DNA of 64,000 nt from Eledone cirrhosa. Lineage: Eukaryota. This document shows, piece by piece, positions 38,150-53,355 of this stretch. Position numbers and translations under genes: made by a program. The notes under the pieces are model-generated. The model saw only the letters and a program-made list of their open reading frames with translations. It had not been told where the DNA came from and did no database searches. Positions within the stretch are counted from its first letter, which is position 1; each line of letters opens with the position of its first letter. The stretch lies in contig OZ024743.1 in the NCBI GenBank assembly GCA_964016885.1, forward strand, positions 356,438,001 through 356,502,000, read 5' to 3'.

Positions 38150-38482
38150 CATAATTATTTCTACTTTTAGCAAAAGATAAGCAATTTGAAGGAAGAGGAA
38201 ATTAAATTGACCCCAGCGCCTTACTGGTACAACATTTTATTGACCCTGTCATTAATAATAATAACAATAATGGTTTCTTATTTAGGCACGAGGCCAGCAA
38301 TTTTCTGGGGGGGAAAGGGAAAGTCGATTAAATTGACACCAGTGCGTGACTGGTACTTTATTTTATCGGCTCCATAAGGATGAGAGGCAAAGTTAACTTC
38401 TGCAGGATTTGAACTCAGACCGTAAAGGGCCGTAACTATGCCGCTAAGCATGATGTCTGACACACTACTGATTCTGCCAATT
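38150..38482 (-). mobile_element. SINE family A (partial plus full copy)
   Basis: Same motifs as 7762-8020. Confidence 0.8.
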
Positions 38483-38593
38483 AATAACAATTATAACAAT
38501 AAAGATAATGACAATGATGTTGATGATAATAATAATGGTGATGATGATGATGATGATGATGATGATAATCATGATTTCTTCTCTTTCTCATAG

Positions 38594-38655
38594 TGTTTAT
38601 CTAACAAAAGATGATGATGGCTGGGAAGGCCATGATGGTGACGAGCACAGCGATG
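38594..38655 (+). CDS. Candidate 62-nt coding exon of an unidentified host gene
   Basis: gatttcttctctttctcatag| ... ATG|GTAAGA. Only one frame open: VYLTKDDDGWEGHDGDEHSD (phase 2 to phase 1). Confidence 0.45.
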
Positions 38656-38889
38656 GTAAGAATAACAAGCAACACACAATTATTTTAAGACAACGAAGTG
38701 GATCGGCTGAAAAATCTGGATCAAGCAAATGTGCCATTTCACTTTCAGAGAAAAGTCTATTATGTTTGTGTGGATAAAACTGAAATATCTGAAGAACTGA
38801 GTCTCTGTGACAAATTCATTCAATAGCTTAATGGTAATGATACAATGAACACAGAAGAAACACCAGAGAATGGTGTTTCAATGGGTGGC

Positions 38890-40400
<1,511 letters not shown>

Positions 40401-40525
40401 ACCATATATACAAACATATATGCTTGAAAGTGTATGTTTATATGCATATAATTGCAATGGTAGTGGTGTTGGTGGTGGTGGTAAAACATGAATGGAATTG
40501 TGTGTATTTTCCTTTGGTTTAACAG

Positions 40526-40606
40526 AAGCAAGCAAGCAAGCAGCAGAATTAGACGAAGACAAACATTCAGAAGGGACTGGTTACTTCAGGGAAAATTATG
40601 TAATAG
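40526..40606 (+). CDS. Candidate 81-nt coding exon
   Basis: gtattttcctttggtttaacag| ... TAG|GTATTC. Phase-1 frame [26 protein letters not shown] joins 38594-38655 in frame. Confidence 0.35.
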
Positions 40607-40946
40607 GTATTCTTCTCTAGACACTAGACACACTTCTTCATTCTACATTGAAAGACAGTGGCGAAAAATACTACCACAACACTAACAACAACAACAACAA
40701 TGAGCAGAGAAGCACAACAACAAAAAGCAATAACCATAAAACCAAAAAGATAAAAAGTAAAAAAAAAAAAAAGAAAAAAGAGAAAGAAAAAAAAAAAAAG
40801 AAATCAATCAATCAATAAATATATTACTGGTAAATAAAAGGAAATTCATTCTAGAACCATTGATGTATATATTTGTAAAATCAAAATGTCATCAATGTGG
40901 AAATTGTTTGATGCAAACAAGAGGAAGAACTAAATATAAACCAAAG

Positions 40947-40992
<46 letters not shown>

Positions 40993-43691
40993 GGAATTAT
41001 TGGGTGCTAGTGCTGGAGACAAGATATGGCAACTTATGAAGAATAGCAATGATGAATAGAGACACAGACACACACATATACACACACACATAAAATATGT
41101 ATGTAGAGGAAGGGGAAGATGGAGGGACACGAAGGAAGTGAAAGAAAGATAAAACAAAGAGATCAATGGTTTCGTTAGACAAGAGTTAATAAAGCAGCAA
41201 GCAGAGAAAACTGGCCTTAAAAAGGCCAGTAAGCCTTGTGTGGCCTCGGGAAAGGCTTCATGCTCTTCATAGAGTCCTTTTTGAAGCAATATTTTTTGGT
41301 GAGATACCCTTCCTGGTTCCACCCTTTTTTAGTAGCCTCATATGACTAGCAGGGATAAGGGCTACCTATTCCAAATGATACAACATACTCGGTACTTGCC
41401 ATGAAGTAGTTGGTATTAGGAAAGGCATACAGCCATAGAAACCATGACAGAATAGGACGTATGAGGTAGAAGTGGTCAATTGACCTATCCAGCATCCAAA
41501 CGTGACAGCACATGTAAGCCAAACAAGCATGGAAAATAAACAGTAAAGGGTGGTGATGATGATGCATAAGAGCATACAAGAGTTACTGAATGAAGGAAGG
41601 AAGGAACTAACCAACCACTGCCATCACTCTCACTGGCAACAACAACATTATTGCTGCTTCAGATTAACTTTTTAGTCAGTTAGTTGGTCTGTTCTGTACA
41701 TTAGGATGAAATTTGTGTATAATTGGAGCAAACAGCATCAACAAATACACACCCTTTCTACTGGCTGGCCATGTATAGTATAAATGGTATCTTTCTGTCA
41801 GTTGAACAAAATATAATGACAGAATCACATTGATCATTTTTCTTGTACTTGAGTCAACCAGGATGGGTTGAGACAGCACCAACTACTGAATTCACAGCAT
41901 TACAAACATAAGAAAATCACTTTGCAATGGTATAGAAAGAACAGCAAAATATCCCACAAATCACACAGTACTATCTAAACAAAAGATGATGTTACACTTA
42001 GGATAATGTAGTCCTAAATCCACAATGACTGAAATAAAGTTTTTAAATGAATAAAAAGATTGGACAGTCACAGATGGAACATTCTTGATCACATACTTGC
42101 ACCATCAAGGTTAAGCTAGGGTTAAACAATAACAAAACAGTTTCATAACCTGCTGAAAATAGCAAGCAAAAACAATATATTGATATTCTTTTCAAAATCT
42201 TACCAAGGTCATCTTTGCCTTTCACCTTTTTCGGATCAAAAAAGAAAGTACCAGCCCAGTCCAGATACAACCCCTCTCCTTTAAGTGGTCACATCCTGGT
42301 TGTTCCGCTAGATCAAGGAAGAGTGGTTCATGAGGTTGTCTGTGTCTGTTCAAGACAGCATGAGCAACTAAACCTTTAACAAAAACATGGTACATACTAC
42401 CAAGTTATATTCAATTGCAAGTGACAGCTATAGTAAACGAAGGTATTACTGTGAATTTTTGAAAATATTTAAATCTAACTTCTGTGGTTTTTCTGGGAGA
42501 ACATCCAAAAAGAAACATTTTGGTCCCTCATTTGCGAAATTTAGATGAATAGTTAAGGAAATATGACAATTGGTCTAAATCTTGCCTAATGAGGCTTAAA
42601 TGAATAATTAGCCATATTTGTGAAGCCACATCTTTGAAACTGAGGTGATAATCATCTTCAAATTACACAAATTAATAGTATCGATGGGATAGCAGTGCCT
42701 ATTTTTTATTCAGGTTCTTAAAAATGAAACTTTTTGGGGGCAATTTTTTTAATATTTATGTAAAGCCTATTATGTTGCATGTAACATTTTGTGATGCAAG
42801 CATATGCTTTTTATGTGTTTTCAGACTTAGCTAAATCCAAAAGTACAAGCTACAGGTACTTGAGTTTTAGCACATTTGTAGTAGGCATAGGACTAAATAA
42901 ATCCTGAGATTTGGGGACGACTAAATCTTAATGCACTATTAAAATTGACTATAAACAAATTACAGTGAGTAGAGGTTGTTATCTGTAGGGGACTCAGTTT
43001 TGATAGACTGGTACAGGGTATAAAACTGAATCCACTCTGCTAATTTGGAACTTTACAATACATTTAATAGGTATCCCTGTAGAGATCCATAGAAGGGGCA
43101 ACACACAGTTTAACCACGCAAATGAGCATATAGTTTTAATGCTTATATATATATATATATATAAATTTGTATCATTTTTGTCAGTGATTTTCATGTGGAC
43201 ACAATGCATCATGTCCACCCCAAGGTACACTTTACTTTATCCATGACCTGATCTACAATCCAAAGACAACAATATGTTTTTTACTGTTTAGTCAAATAAA
43301 GAAGAGAAGGGCAATGACCACAGCTTTTATGAGGTTCTCTGAGACAGGGGTGGGGGTGGGGAGAATATATCATCAAACCAAAGATCTACTCTGAAAGCTT
43401 ACAACAGAATGAATTTTGTTAACAGCACCCATGAGATGAAGGGTGATGTTAAACAAGGTGACAGTTTATGTCTACTACCCAAGTAGGCCACAACAGGGTT
43501 TGAATTTAGAAGATTTGTTTAAATAGGAACCCTTTAAAATGGGATGTTCTGTTCCATAGAACAAGAGCCAGTTTTAGCTAGAGCTAGGTTGCTATCAAAA
43601 GAGCTAACGTTTCTACCAAGCTACCACTACAGGCTGGTATTATATTTTATCGTCCCCCAAAAGAATGAAAAACAAAAACAAAATAATAATA

Positions 43692-43880
43692 ATAATTGTT
43701 TCTACTTTAGGCACAAGGCCAGCAATTACCCAGTGCATTACTGGTACTTTATTTTATCGACCCTGTAAGGATGAAAGGCAAAGTCAACCTCGGCAGGATT
43801 TGAACTCAGATCGTAAAGGGACGTAACTATGCTGGAAAGCATGGCGTCCGACCCTCTATCGATACTGCCAATCCACTGCC
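43692..43880 (-). mobile_element. SINE family A, near-identical to 7838-8020
   Basis: About four substitutions in ~180 bp by eye. Confidence 0.9.
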
Positions 43881-44339
43881 CTATAATAATAATAACCCCT
43901 ATAGTGGCCCAGATGCTTTCACTACACAGTCGGCAGTGTAAATTATTGATGGCACGAGGTAGGGTTGGTGGTAACTGGCCAACCATAATGTAAGGGCAAT
44001 ACTTATAATTAAACAACAATTGCAGACCAGCAAGGGGGAGTAAATGTCATTAGGTTAAGAAAGACAAGCAGACCAAATAGATTGGCCCTGACAGTTAGAT
44101 AGATTGCTAATTGGAAAAATAGATAGGTACAGAGATAAATGGATATAGTAACAGGTCGATAGATACTCAGACAGATTGATAGATGGTTAAATAAAAAAAA
44201 TATAGATAGTCGAAGATTTATAGTGACAGACAAACAGGGAGCTAGCTGAATGTATAAATGTATAAATGAATGAATGAACTGATAGAGGAGTGGATGAATA
44301 AATGTATAAGGGTGGGGTGGGGTTTTGTGTTGTAGGTAA

Positions 44340-44904
44340 GTAATAAGCTAGGCAGGTAATTAGGTAGGTGGATAAGTGTGTATGTAATTAGGTAGGTAGA
44401 TGGATGGATAGGTAATTAGATAGGTAGATGGCTAGATAGGTAATTAGATAGGTAGACTGGTAATTAAAATAGGTAGGTAGATAGTGAGATAAGGTTGGGA
44501 CTTAGGCAGATAGGTAAGTATGTATGTAGATAGATAGGTAGGTGAGAGGAGTACATAGGTAGATGATAAACATGAAGGCAGGTACATAGATAAACAGCTA
44601 CATAAATAGGTAAACAGACAGATAGATATATAGATAGATAGAGAGACATAGAGGCAAATGGTTAATGAGATAGATGGGTAGACGGCTAAAAAGGTAGGTA
44701 GACAACTAGGCAGACAGATAGGTAGATAGTCAAACAGATAGATGGGCAGACAGATAGATAAGCAGACATTTAGATTGCAAACAGGCAAACAGATACAGAT
44801 ATAGATTGATAAATTAATAGAGATGAATATATAGATGGATACAAAGATACAAATATAGACAGTCAGATAGATTGATAGAGATAGATAGACAGACAGACGG
44901 ACAT

Positions 44905-44938
<34 letters not shown>

Positions 44939-45010
44939 TAGGCAGATAAATACGCAGACAGACATTGATAAATTGATATAGATAGGCACACAGACAGGTA
45001 GATAAGTGGA
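44340..45010. repeat. Degenerate (GATA/GGTA/GACA)n tract
   Basis: Directly visible. Confidence 0.9.
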
Positions 45011-45529
45011 AAGATATCAAATGCCTTATGCCAGCTTATCAACAGATTCACAAAACACACAGCCGCTTTACATGGACAAACCACACGGACACACACAGAA
45101 AACAACTACATAGACAAAGATAAACATAAACACACACATAATTCACAGAGACATTTCCAAACAAATTTCACAATACATACAATGACATTGACACAGACAC
45201 ACAGAAAAACTAATTTTTTTTTTCTTTACCTTTCTTCATGAGAGTGCTTACCTACCAACACACTTTTACCTGAAGATTAATCTTTAATTTCGAAGCAACA
45301 TTTGCCATTCTTGCCAAACATTTTTCACCTCTTATATCGTTTATTTATTTATTTTTATTATTGTATGTTTTTTTTTACATCAATAAATTATGAATCAGAT
45401 GACGGAGCGGATGGCGGGTGGAGAAAGGGAGAGACCAATATCAGCGACAAAAAAAATCTAATAAATAATTAAAAAAGATGTATGTGTGTATGTATATATG
45501 TGTGTATGTATGTATGTATATATGTTTAC

Positions 45530-45570
<41 letters not shown>

Positions 45571-45605
45571 TACATATATATGCATACATATACAAACACA
45601 CACAT

Positions 45606-45648
<43 letters not shown>

Positions 45649-45719
45649 GAAGAAACATGAAAGCAACAACAGATCTGTTTTCATATTTGTTTAGTTCTTC
45701 TTCATTAACTCCTTCCTAG

Positions 45720-45744
45720 TTTACTACACTCTTACTCACACCAG
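45720..45744 (+). other. Candidate 25-nt micro-exon
   Basis: ttcttcttcattaactccttcctag| ... CAG|GTACCA; phase-1 frame YYTLTHT. Confidence 0.35.
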
Positions 45745-45970
45745 GTACCACACCACCATCACCTACACCACTCACGCCAGCAGCACAGCCACCAGCATCA
45801 CTACTGCTACCAGCACCACCGCCACCACTGTTAGAAACAACTTGTCAATTACCCAAGGAAAAGACAAGACAAGTAACAAGATGCTATTAACTTTGTAATC
45901 AGTGTAATTTATGTTTATACATAACAAATCACAAACACCACCCACATCCTCTGTTGTACTTCCTTGCTAC

Positions 45971-46037
<67 letters not shown>

Positions 46038-46770
46038 CACACTTCAGGTTCTGTTTCACCATCATCATGATTATTCTCAACAACATCATTATCATTATCT
46101 GCTGAGGTATACAGTACACTGTGAAGGCACATGGCATAGTGGTTACGGTGTTGGGCTCACGATCATATGGTTCTATGTTCGATCCCTTCAGCAAAATGCT
46201 TCATTTTAGGTTGCCTTTCATGTGAGGGCAGGGGCCCTTATCATTGTTATCCCAAAAAACCCTATGAGATGAAGCCTTGTAGGAGGCCAGCTAAAACTTC
46301 ATAGTGTGAGTGTTAATTTCATTTTCACAGTAATCTGTCATGGGCCACAATGTAATAGTAAGTGAGATAGCTTTTGCTGACCAAGTTATTGCTGTGTAGC
46401 AGAGGATTAGAGTTCACTGCGCAACCATGTGGTTTCTTGTTGAGTACCACAGTGAGGCACCTATAGTCTTTTACTGCAGCCTAATGTTGACTAATGCCTT
46501 GTGAGGGAAATTTGGTAAACAAAAATTGAGTAGAAGCCTGCCACGTGTGTGTGTCCATCTGCATGTCTGTATTTACATTTATTGTTCGTTTATATGTTAT
46601 AACTTAGTAGCTTAACAAAAAAAAAAAAATCAATTAACACATACCAAGCTTGAAAAAAATAAGTATTGAGGTCAATATAATCAATTTACTCCCTTCAAAG
46701 TGTTGCCCCAACATTGGTTTCAGTCTAATGACCAAAACCGCTAAAAGGATACTGAGTATTGAAAGGTTAA

Positions 46771-46908
46771 CCTTTTTGTTGCCATATTTCTAATGAAATA
46801 CATTTCCTATGATTTTCATATTATTTAGAAAATAATCAAGAATTTGGAATATTTTTTTCTTCAATATTAAACTATTTAAAAACTTCAAGTGGTTTGTAAT
46901 CAAAAGGG
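46771..46908. mobile_element. piggyBac-like MITE
   Basis: TTAA|CCTTTTTGTT ... AATCAAAAGGG|TTAA, with TTAA on both sides. Confidence 0.6.
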
Positions 46909-47869
46909 TTAATTCAGTATTTCTCTATGAAGGACAGGAAGGATCGAAAATGGAGCAAATTGTATGTTCAATGAAAATAATTAGTTCTAACATTTTAGAC
47001 TTGTCTCATAACATAGTGAAGAAAGAAGAATTACATGGACACAAATTCTAGTTTGAGTTATCGTCAATAAAGAGCAGAGGACCAAAAGATTTTATTAATG
47101 TTTTGGGTGGGGCCTGGTTTGATGTCAGTTTCAGAATTGGGTTAATTCAATGAACTACACTCATACATTGTCTATTCTAGGTTCAACAAAAATAAAATCA
47201 TTCATGGAGTTAACCAGTTCATAAATCCAAATTAGCACTTGGTTATAATTGCTTGTTGTTACAGATCACCCATATGTAGGTTTTGTTGGATTCCTACAAG
47301 GCTACAATTTATAAGAGGCTTCTTAGACACTTTAATAAGAGCCCTAGTCCTATCATAAAAGCCCTGCTCACTGGACTGGATGTCACATTAATGCAGAGCT
47401 TAACTCCCAGCTGTTGCAGATACTCATTTCTAAAACTTTCTTCTGCTGAGTGGATCGGAGCAACATGAAATGAAGTGTGTTGCCTAAGGACATAACACCC
47501 TGTCCGGGCCAAGAACTGAACATAACCTTAAGATCAGGAGTTCAACACTTTACCCACTAGACCATACACCTATATTAATGAATGGGGTGGAAACAGTAAA
47601 AACATGGTTTGGTAAAGTCAAAAAGGCTGGCATCACAGAAATATATTATCTCTGTTAACAACAAAGGTTATTTCTCCCCTAGCAAGAGACAGATTGACTG
47701 TATGTAGCATGCATAAGAAGTATGGGTTACATGGTCTTGAGACAATAACACTAAATAAGGAAGTATGAACTAAATGAAATTATAGAATTTCAAAACAGAA
47801 ATTAAAGAGAAAATTCAAAGTCTGAGGGTAAATTATAAAAGATTTATAATATAATGGTTATTATAATAT

Positions 47870-48065
47870 AATTGTTTCTGCTTTTCATACATGGCCAGCA
47901 ATTATCCCAGTGCATGACTGGTGCTTTATTTTACTGACCCTGTAAAGGATGAAAGACAGGATTTGAATTCCGCAGGATTTGAACTCAGAATATAAAGGGC
48001 CATAACTCTATGCTGCAAAGCATGGCGTCTGATGATGCCCTACCAATACTGCCAATCCACCGCCC
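47870..48065 (-). mobile_element. SINE family A
   Basis: Ends gccaatccaccgccc, the reverse complement of the tRNA head. Confidence 0.82.
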
Positions 48066-48383
48066 ATGGTTATTGTAATATAATGGTTACCAATTTCATC
48101 ACAAGGTCAGCAATTTGGATCAAAGGGAAAGTTAATTATATCAACATCAGTATTTAACTGATATTTTATTTCATTAACCCTGGAAGGATAAAAAGCAGTT
48201 GACATCAGTAGGATTTGAATTCACCATTTATCAAACCACTAAGCTGTACAATATATTGCTTATAAGGGACACAAACTAATATCACCAATTGCTTTATAAA
48301 TGCTGTCTGTATGCAGTGACTGATACAAACATACACACACACACACACACACACAGACAGACACACACACAGACACACACACA

Positions 48384-48438
<55 letters not shown>

Positions 48439-48481
48439 TTGCTAACAAGAAAAGCAGACATTACAACAATGATTATGGTGG

Positions 48482-48547
<66 letters not shown>

Positions 48548-49109
48548 CATATAAATAAACAAATACACACACACACGCATAAACATACACACACAATGAG
48601 CTTTTTACAATTTCCATCTCCCAAATTCACTGACAAGATATTGGTTGAATGAAGGCTATAAGAGATATGTGTCCAAGGTGCTGGGTAGAGAGATTAAACT
48701 CATAGCCAAATTGTTTAACTACACACCCATGTGTAAAGAATAACATTATCTATGGTATGGCGGAAGACAAAATATAATATAAATTATATATATATGAATG
48801 CATGTGTGCAAACTTGTGTTTAGGATAATAAATATTTTTTTTTTAAATATATATCATAAAGAACATCCCTATATTGTATGGACGTCTTCTAGTGTAATAA
48901 ATTTCCTCACATGTACTATGAAAATTCAATACCATAAATACCATACATGTATATTATAATGACTATACATCATTTTTTTTAGTCTGTCTATCAAACAAAC
49001 ACAATGATCTGACAAAATGGCCTAAAATTTGTATTTAGAATTCTAGCTATTTATCTCTGAGTATAATATATACATACATACATACATATATATATGTATA
49101 TATATATCT

Positions 49110-49390
49110 GTAGTGTGCGGGAAAGAAGACTGCGTTGGTATGGACATGTGAGGTGCATGGAGGATCACCACTGGATAAAGAAGTGCCAAGAAATTCCAGT
49201 GGAAGGAAAACACAATAGAGGAAGACCACAAAAAAAATGGGCGGATGTGGTGAGAGTTGACTTCAGATCGCTGAAGCTCACAGAGGAGATAACAGAGGAC
49301 CGTGACGAATGGAAAGATGCTGTGATGAAAAGGACCTTTACCACCCTTGCAAGCAAGGAAAAGCGGGCGTAAAATGATGATGATGATGTA
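49110..49390 (+). mobile_element. 3' fragment of a second RTE-X subfamily
   Basis: RERRLRWYGHV..RGRPQKKW..DRDEW, then a (GAT)n tail. Confidence 0.85.
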
Positions 49391-49584
49391 CGTTTAGATA
49401 CATACATATACATGTGGTTGGTGTTAGGAAGGGCATCCAGACATAGAACCGAATCCAGAAACAGTTCAGTGTGAGCAAGACATGGTCACCTGACCCAACA
49501 TGCCTCAAACAGGACAAAACATCTAACCCATGCTACAGTGGAAAAACTGATGTTAAACGATGATGATGAAGATACATATATATA

Positions 49585-49855
49585 TGTGTTGTTTCCTTGA
49601 GCAAGACACTTTATTTCACATTGCTCCAGTTTACTCAGCTGTAGAAATGAGATGATAGGGACTGGGGTCCCTATCATTCCACTGCAAAGTGGTCGTGGAG
49701 GTGCCACGGCAAAAAAAGCACCCAGCACTCACTGTAAATGAGGTTGGTGTTAGGAAGGGCATCCAGCTGTAGAAATCAAGCCAGAATCAGTTCCCGTCCC
49801 ACCCTTGCAAGCAGGGAAAAAGCGGACGTAAAATGAAATGATGATGATGATGATA
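49585..49855 (+). mobile_element. 5'-truncated SINE family B
   Basis: Near-identical to 28715-28980. Confidence 0.87.
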
Positions 49856-49859
49856 TATA

Positions 49860-50005
49860 AAGTACACTCAAGAGGTTTTGATACTTTTATCAGAAAGACA
49901 TTTATTTAACTCAGATCAACACAAAACTCTAGTCTCCCTCTTAGTAGGATCCTCCAACTTCAATGCACTTGTTATAGTGCTCCAGCCACTTCTGGAAGGC
50001 CCCCT
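49860..50005 (-). mobile_element. Mariner-type transposase C-terminal remnant
   Basis: Minus strand of 49941-50004 reads GAFQKWLEHYNKCIEVGGSY*, like the mariner terminal L..RW.KC....G.Y motif. Confidence 0.65.
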
Positions 50006-50022
50006 TATAGTCCTCCCACACC

Positions 50023-50290
50023 CACTCTTTCAGATGACTGGACAAATCAAACCAAACAGCACTCGCCACCTATGTATGGGACCTCAAGAATTCCACCCCC
50101 TGCACCCTCAAATGGAAAATACTCCAGAGGCCGGACTCATACATAGGCGAGCATAAGTGCTGTGACCTATGTATCTCAGAGAGCTACAAGATTTAATCTG
50201 CCAAGGATCCGATCCTGAACAATCTCTCCGAACACTGCCTGAATCTCATGCACAAAAACTATGCAACATATAAATCTTACAAACTAGTTC
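50023..50290 (+). mobile_element. Penelope-like element remnant (GIY-YIG endonuclease C-terminal part)
   Basis: Single frame: HSFR*..TALATYVWDLK..LKWKIL..SY..CDLCISES..I*..LNNLSE..MH. Confidence 0.7.
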
Positions 50291-50379
50291 TGCCCCCAGA
50301 ACGATAGTTTACACACATATCACTCGATAAAGAATCCCTTCCACTACCCTCCTAACTCGCCCCTACCTGCCTTCTTTTC

Positions 50380-50480
50380 AGACCCATCTTACAGATCTGT
50401 GCAAGTCTTCTACAGACAGCGCCCAGGTTTCACTTCCATGTAACATTACAGTTCTTATACACGCATCACACATCATGTAC
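50380..50480 (-). mobile_element. Small fragment of an older RTE-X
   Basis: CDACIRTVMLHGSETWALSVEDL, with nucleotide sequence diverged from the 51950 copy. Confidence 0.7.
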
Positions 50481-52753
50481 AAGAGGGAGCTAAGGACAGA
50501 GCCTTGATGAACGCCAACTTTTACACTATTCATTGTTAATTCTAACCTTACTGACTGTTTCATTATACATAGCTTGTATAGCTCTCACAAGCCATTCATC
50601 TACACCTAGTTTTCTAAGAGCCCACCAGATAATGGAGCGGAGGACTCTGTCAAAAGCTTTTTCCAGGTCTTACAAAAGCTAAGTAGAGGGGTTTACTTTT
50701 AGCTAGATACTTCTCTTGTAGTTGTCGTACAAGGAAAAGAGCGTCTGTGGTACTTTTACCTGACACAAACCCAAACTGCATTTCATCTAGATCAATTCGA
50801 TCTCTGATTAGTTGCGCTATAACTCTTTCTGTGACCTTAATGACCTGGTCAACTAACTTAATGCCCCTATAGTTTCCCCTATCTAGAGCATTCCCTTTAC
50901 CCTTGTAGCAGTTAATGATGATGCTGCTACACCAGTCTTTCGGTATGACTCCATTCTGTATTACTTGGTTAACTATATGGGTGACCATAGTGTGTCCCAC
51001 CATACCAGATGTCTTCAACATCTCAGCAACTATCTCCGAAGGCCCAGCTGCCTTGCTTGTCTTCATATCTTTGATTGCCTTACTTATTATACTACCTTTA
51101 ACTTGCACCGCTGGTCCTTCTATTGGATCGATTTGGGGCAGACTATCTTTTTCCCATTTATTCTCCTCATTTAATAGTCTCTCGTAGTTACACTTCCAGG
51201 CTATCTTCTTATCCATATCAGTGAGCGCAAGTACACCATCATCATTCAAGACACACTTCTCCCCGACATTGTCACATTGTCTAGCAATCCTGAACACCTC
51301 ACGTTTTTGGTCCTCACATGTAAAAGTTGGCGTTCATCAAGGCTCTGTCCTTAGCCCCCTCTTATTTATTATTGCCCTTCAGGCTATAACAGAGGAGTTC
51401 AAGATCATGGGAACTTCTATACGCAGATGATCTAACGCTCATAGCTGAATCAATGGCTGAACTAGAGAAGAAATTCGAAACATGGAAGCATGGCCTAGAA
51501 TCAAAAGACCTTAAAGTTAACTTGTCTAAAACTAAAGTTCTAGTTTGTAGAAAGGAAAATAGGGCACAGGTGCCCTCAGGGAAATGGCCATGTTCAGTGT
51601 GTAGGAAAGGAGTAGGCAGAAATTCCATTTTATGTCCCAAATGCAAAGTATGGATACATAAAAGATGTAGTGGGATCACAGGTAAACTATCTAAGAACGT
51701 AGACTTTATATGTGGCCAAAGCTGAGGTGCAATAAGTAGCAAGTGTCCAAAGGATACTAGCTCCTTCTATTGCCCAGATGGTTCTATAGAAATAGTAGAC
51801 ACTTTCCGTTACCTAGGCGACGAAATCAGCAGTGGTGGAGGGTGTTCTGAAAGTACAGTAGCCAGAGTCAGAACGGGATGGAAAACGTTCAGAGAGCTTA
51901 CACCGCTGTTGGCCACAAAAGGTTTCTCTCTAAAAATGTAAGGCAGATTGTATGATGCCTGTATACGAACAGCAATGCTACATGGCAGTGAGACATGGGC
52001 ATTACGTGCAGAGGACCTGCGTAGACTGGAAAGGAACGAAGCATGCATGTTCCGTTGGATGTGTAATAGTAATATACGTGAACGGCAAAGCATAAATGAA
52101 CTAAGTGAGAAATTAGGAATAAGAGGGATCAGATGCTGTTTACTTGAGAGAAGACTACCTTGGTATGGTCACATGATGCGCATGAAAGACGACAGCTGCA
52201 TAAAAAAGTGCAGAGCAATCAAAATTGATGGTAGTTACGGAGTAGGTAGACCCAGAAAAACCTGAGATGATTTGATAAATTCCGACCTCACACACTTACA
52301 TCTCTCTAAGACAATGTTTCTGGACTGAGATCTTTGGCGCTATGCAGTAATACAGAAGACCCGCCTTGCCTATGTACAAAGCGAAACCTACAGTCAGTAG
52401 GCACCTTTTAACCAAATATACACCCCAATCCACTACTCCAACCCTATCCTCCCACTCCCACCAACAGCACAAGAAAATGAGATCGAGATCATGTAAGTGT
52501 CACGACAAAAGAAACACACACAGTCGACGCTGTAATGTGGCCGTGTAGGTAACATGGTAAAAAGTTCCCAGTTCCACACTGTAAATGTGGTTGGTGTTAG
52601 GAAGGGCATCCAGCCGTAGAAAACCTGCCAGATAGTCCTATATGAGCAAGACACGGTCACCCGACCAGCCTTGCCTCAAGTTGGACAACTCCCGTCTAAC
52701 CCATGCTAGTGTGGAAAATGGGCGTTATACGAAGATGATGATGATGATGATGA
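50481..52753 (+). mobile_element. RTE-X copy with 5' inversion
   Basis: 50481-51318 is the RT N-half on the minus strand. 51319-52753 is the RT C-half, PHD finger, 3' UTR and (GAT)n on the plus strand. Confidence 0.9.
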
Positions 52754-52772
52754 TATATATATATATATATTT

Positions 52773-52907
52773 ATATTGATTAAAATAACAGATTAATGTT
52801 TAGGCAATGAATCGCTGTTTTCATCCTTAACGGGATCTTCTGAAACCCGTTAAGGGTGAAAGCAGCGATTCTTTGCTTAAACTTTAATCTGTTATTTTAA
52901 TAAATAT
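52773..52907. repeat. Long inverted repeat (62-bp arms, 11-nt loop)
   Basis: atattgattaaaataacag..ccttaacggg / atcttctgaaa / cccgttaagg..ctgttattttaataaatat; six arm differences. Confidence 0.9.
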
Positions 52908-53355
52908 TTGCTCTACGGTTCTTATATATTTGATATATATTTATCCTTATTGTGCCCTCTTTGGATTTTAGTCTTCAAATTTATTATTATTACTATATAT
53001 ATTTATATATATGTGTATGTATACATATATATATATATATATAGTGGTAGGGCTGGTGGCACAAGAAATTCACCAGACACCCTCTGTAAATTGGTTGGCA
53101 TTAGGGAGGGCATCCAGCCGTAGAGGCCAAACGCACGTGCTCAAGTATAGCTCTTTTTACAAAATGTTTTTTTGCCATTTCAGGTAGACGCCTGCCATCA
53201 TCCACTTTTCTAAAAAAACAAATCATACACAAAACGCCAGCACCAACAGTGTTGCAAGAGATGTCAACATGAATGGACCTGTTATTTTTATCTAAAGACA
53301 TTTTTTTCCAATTCCAACCCGCCCATCCCCTCAATCTATTTTATTTCTCATTCTT

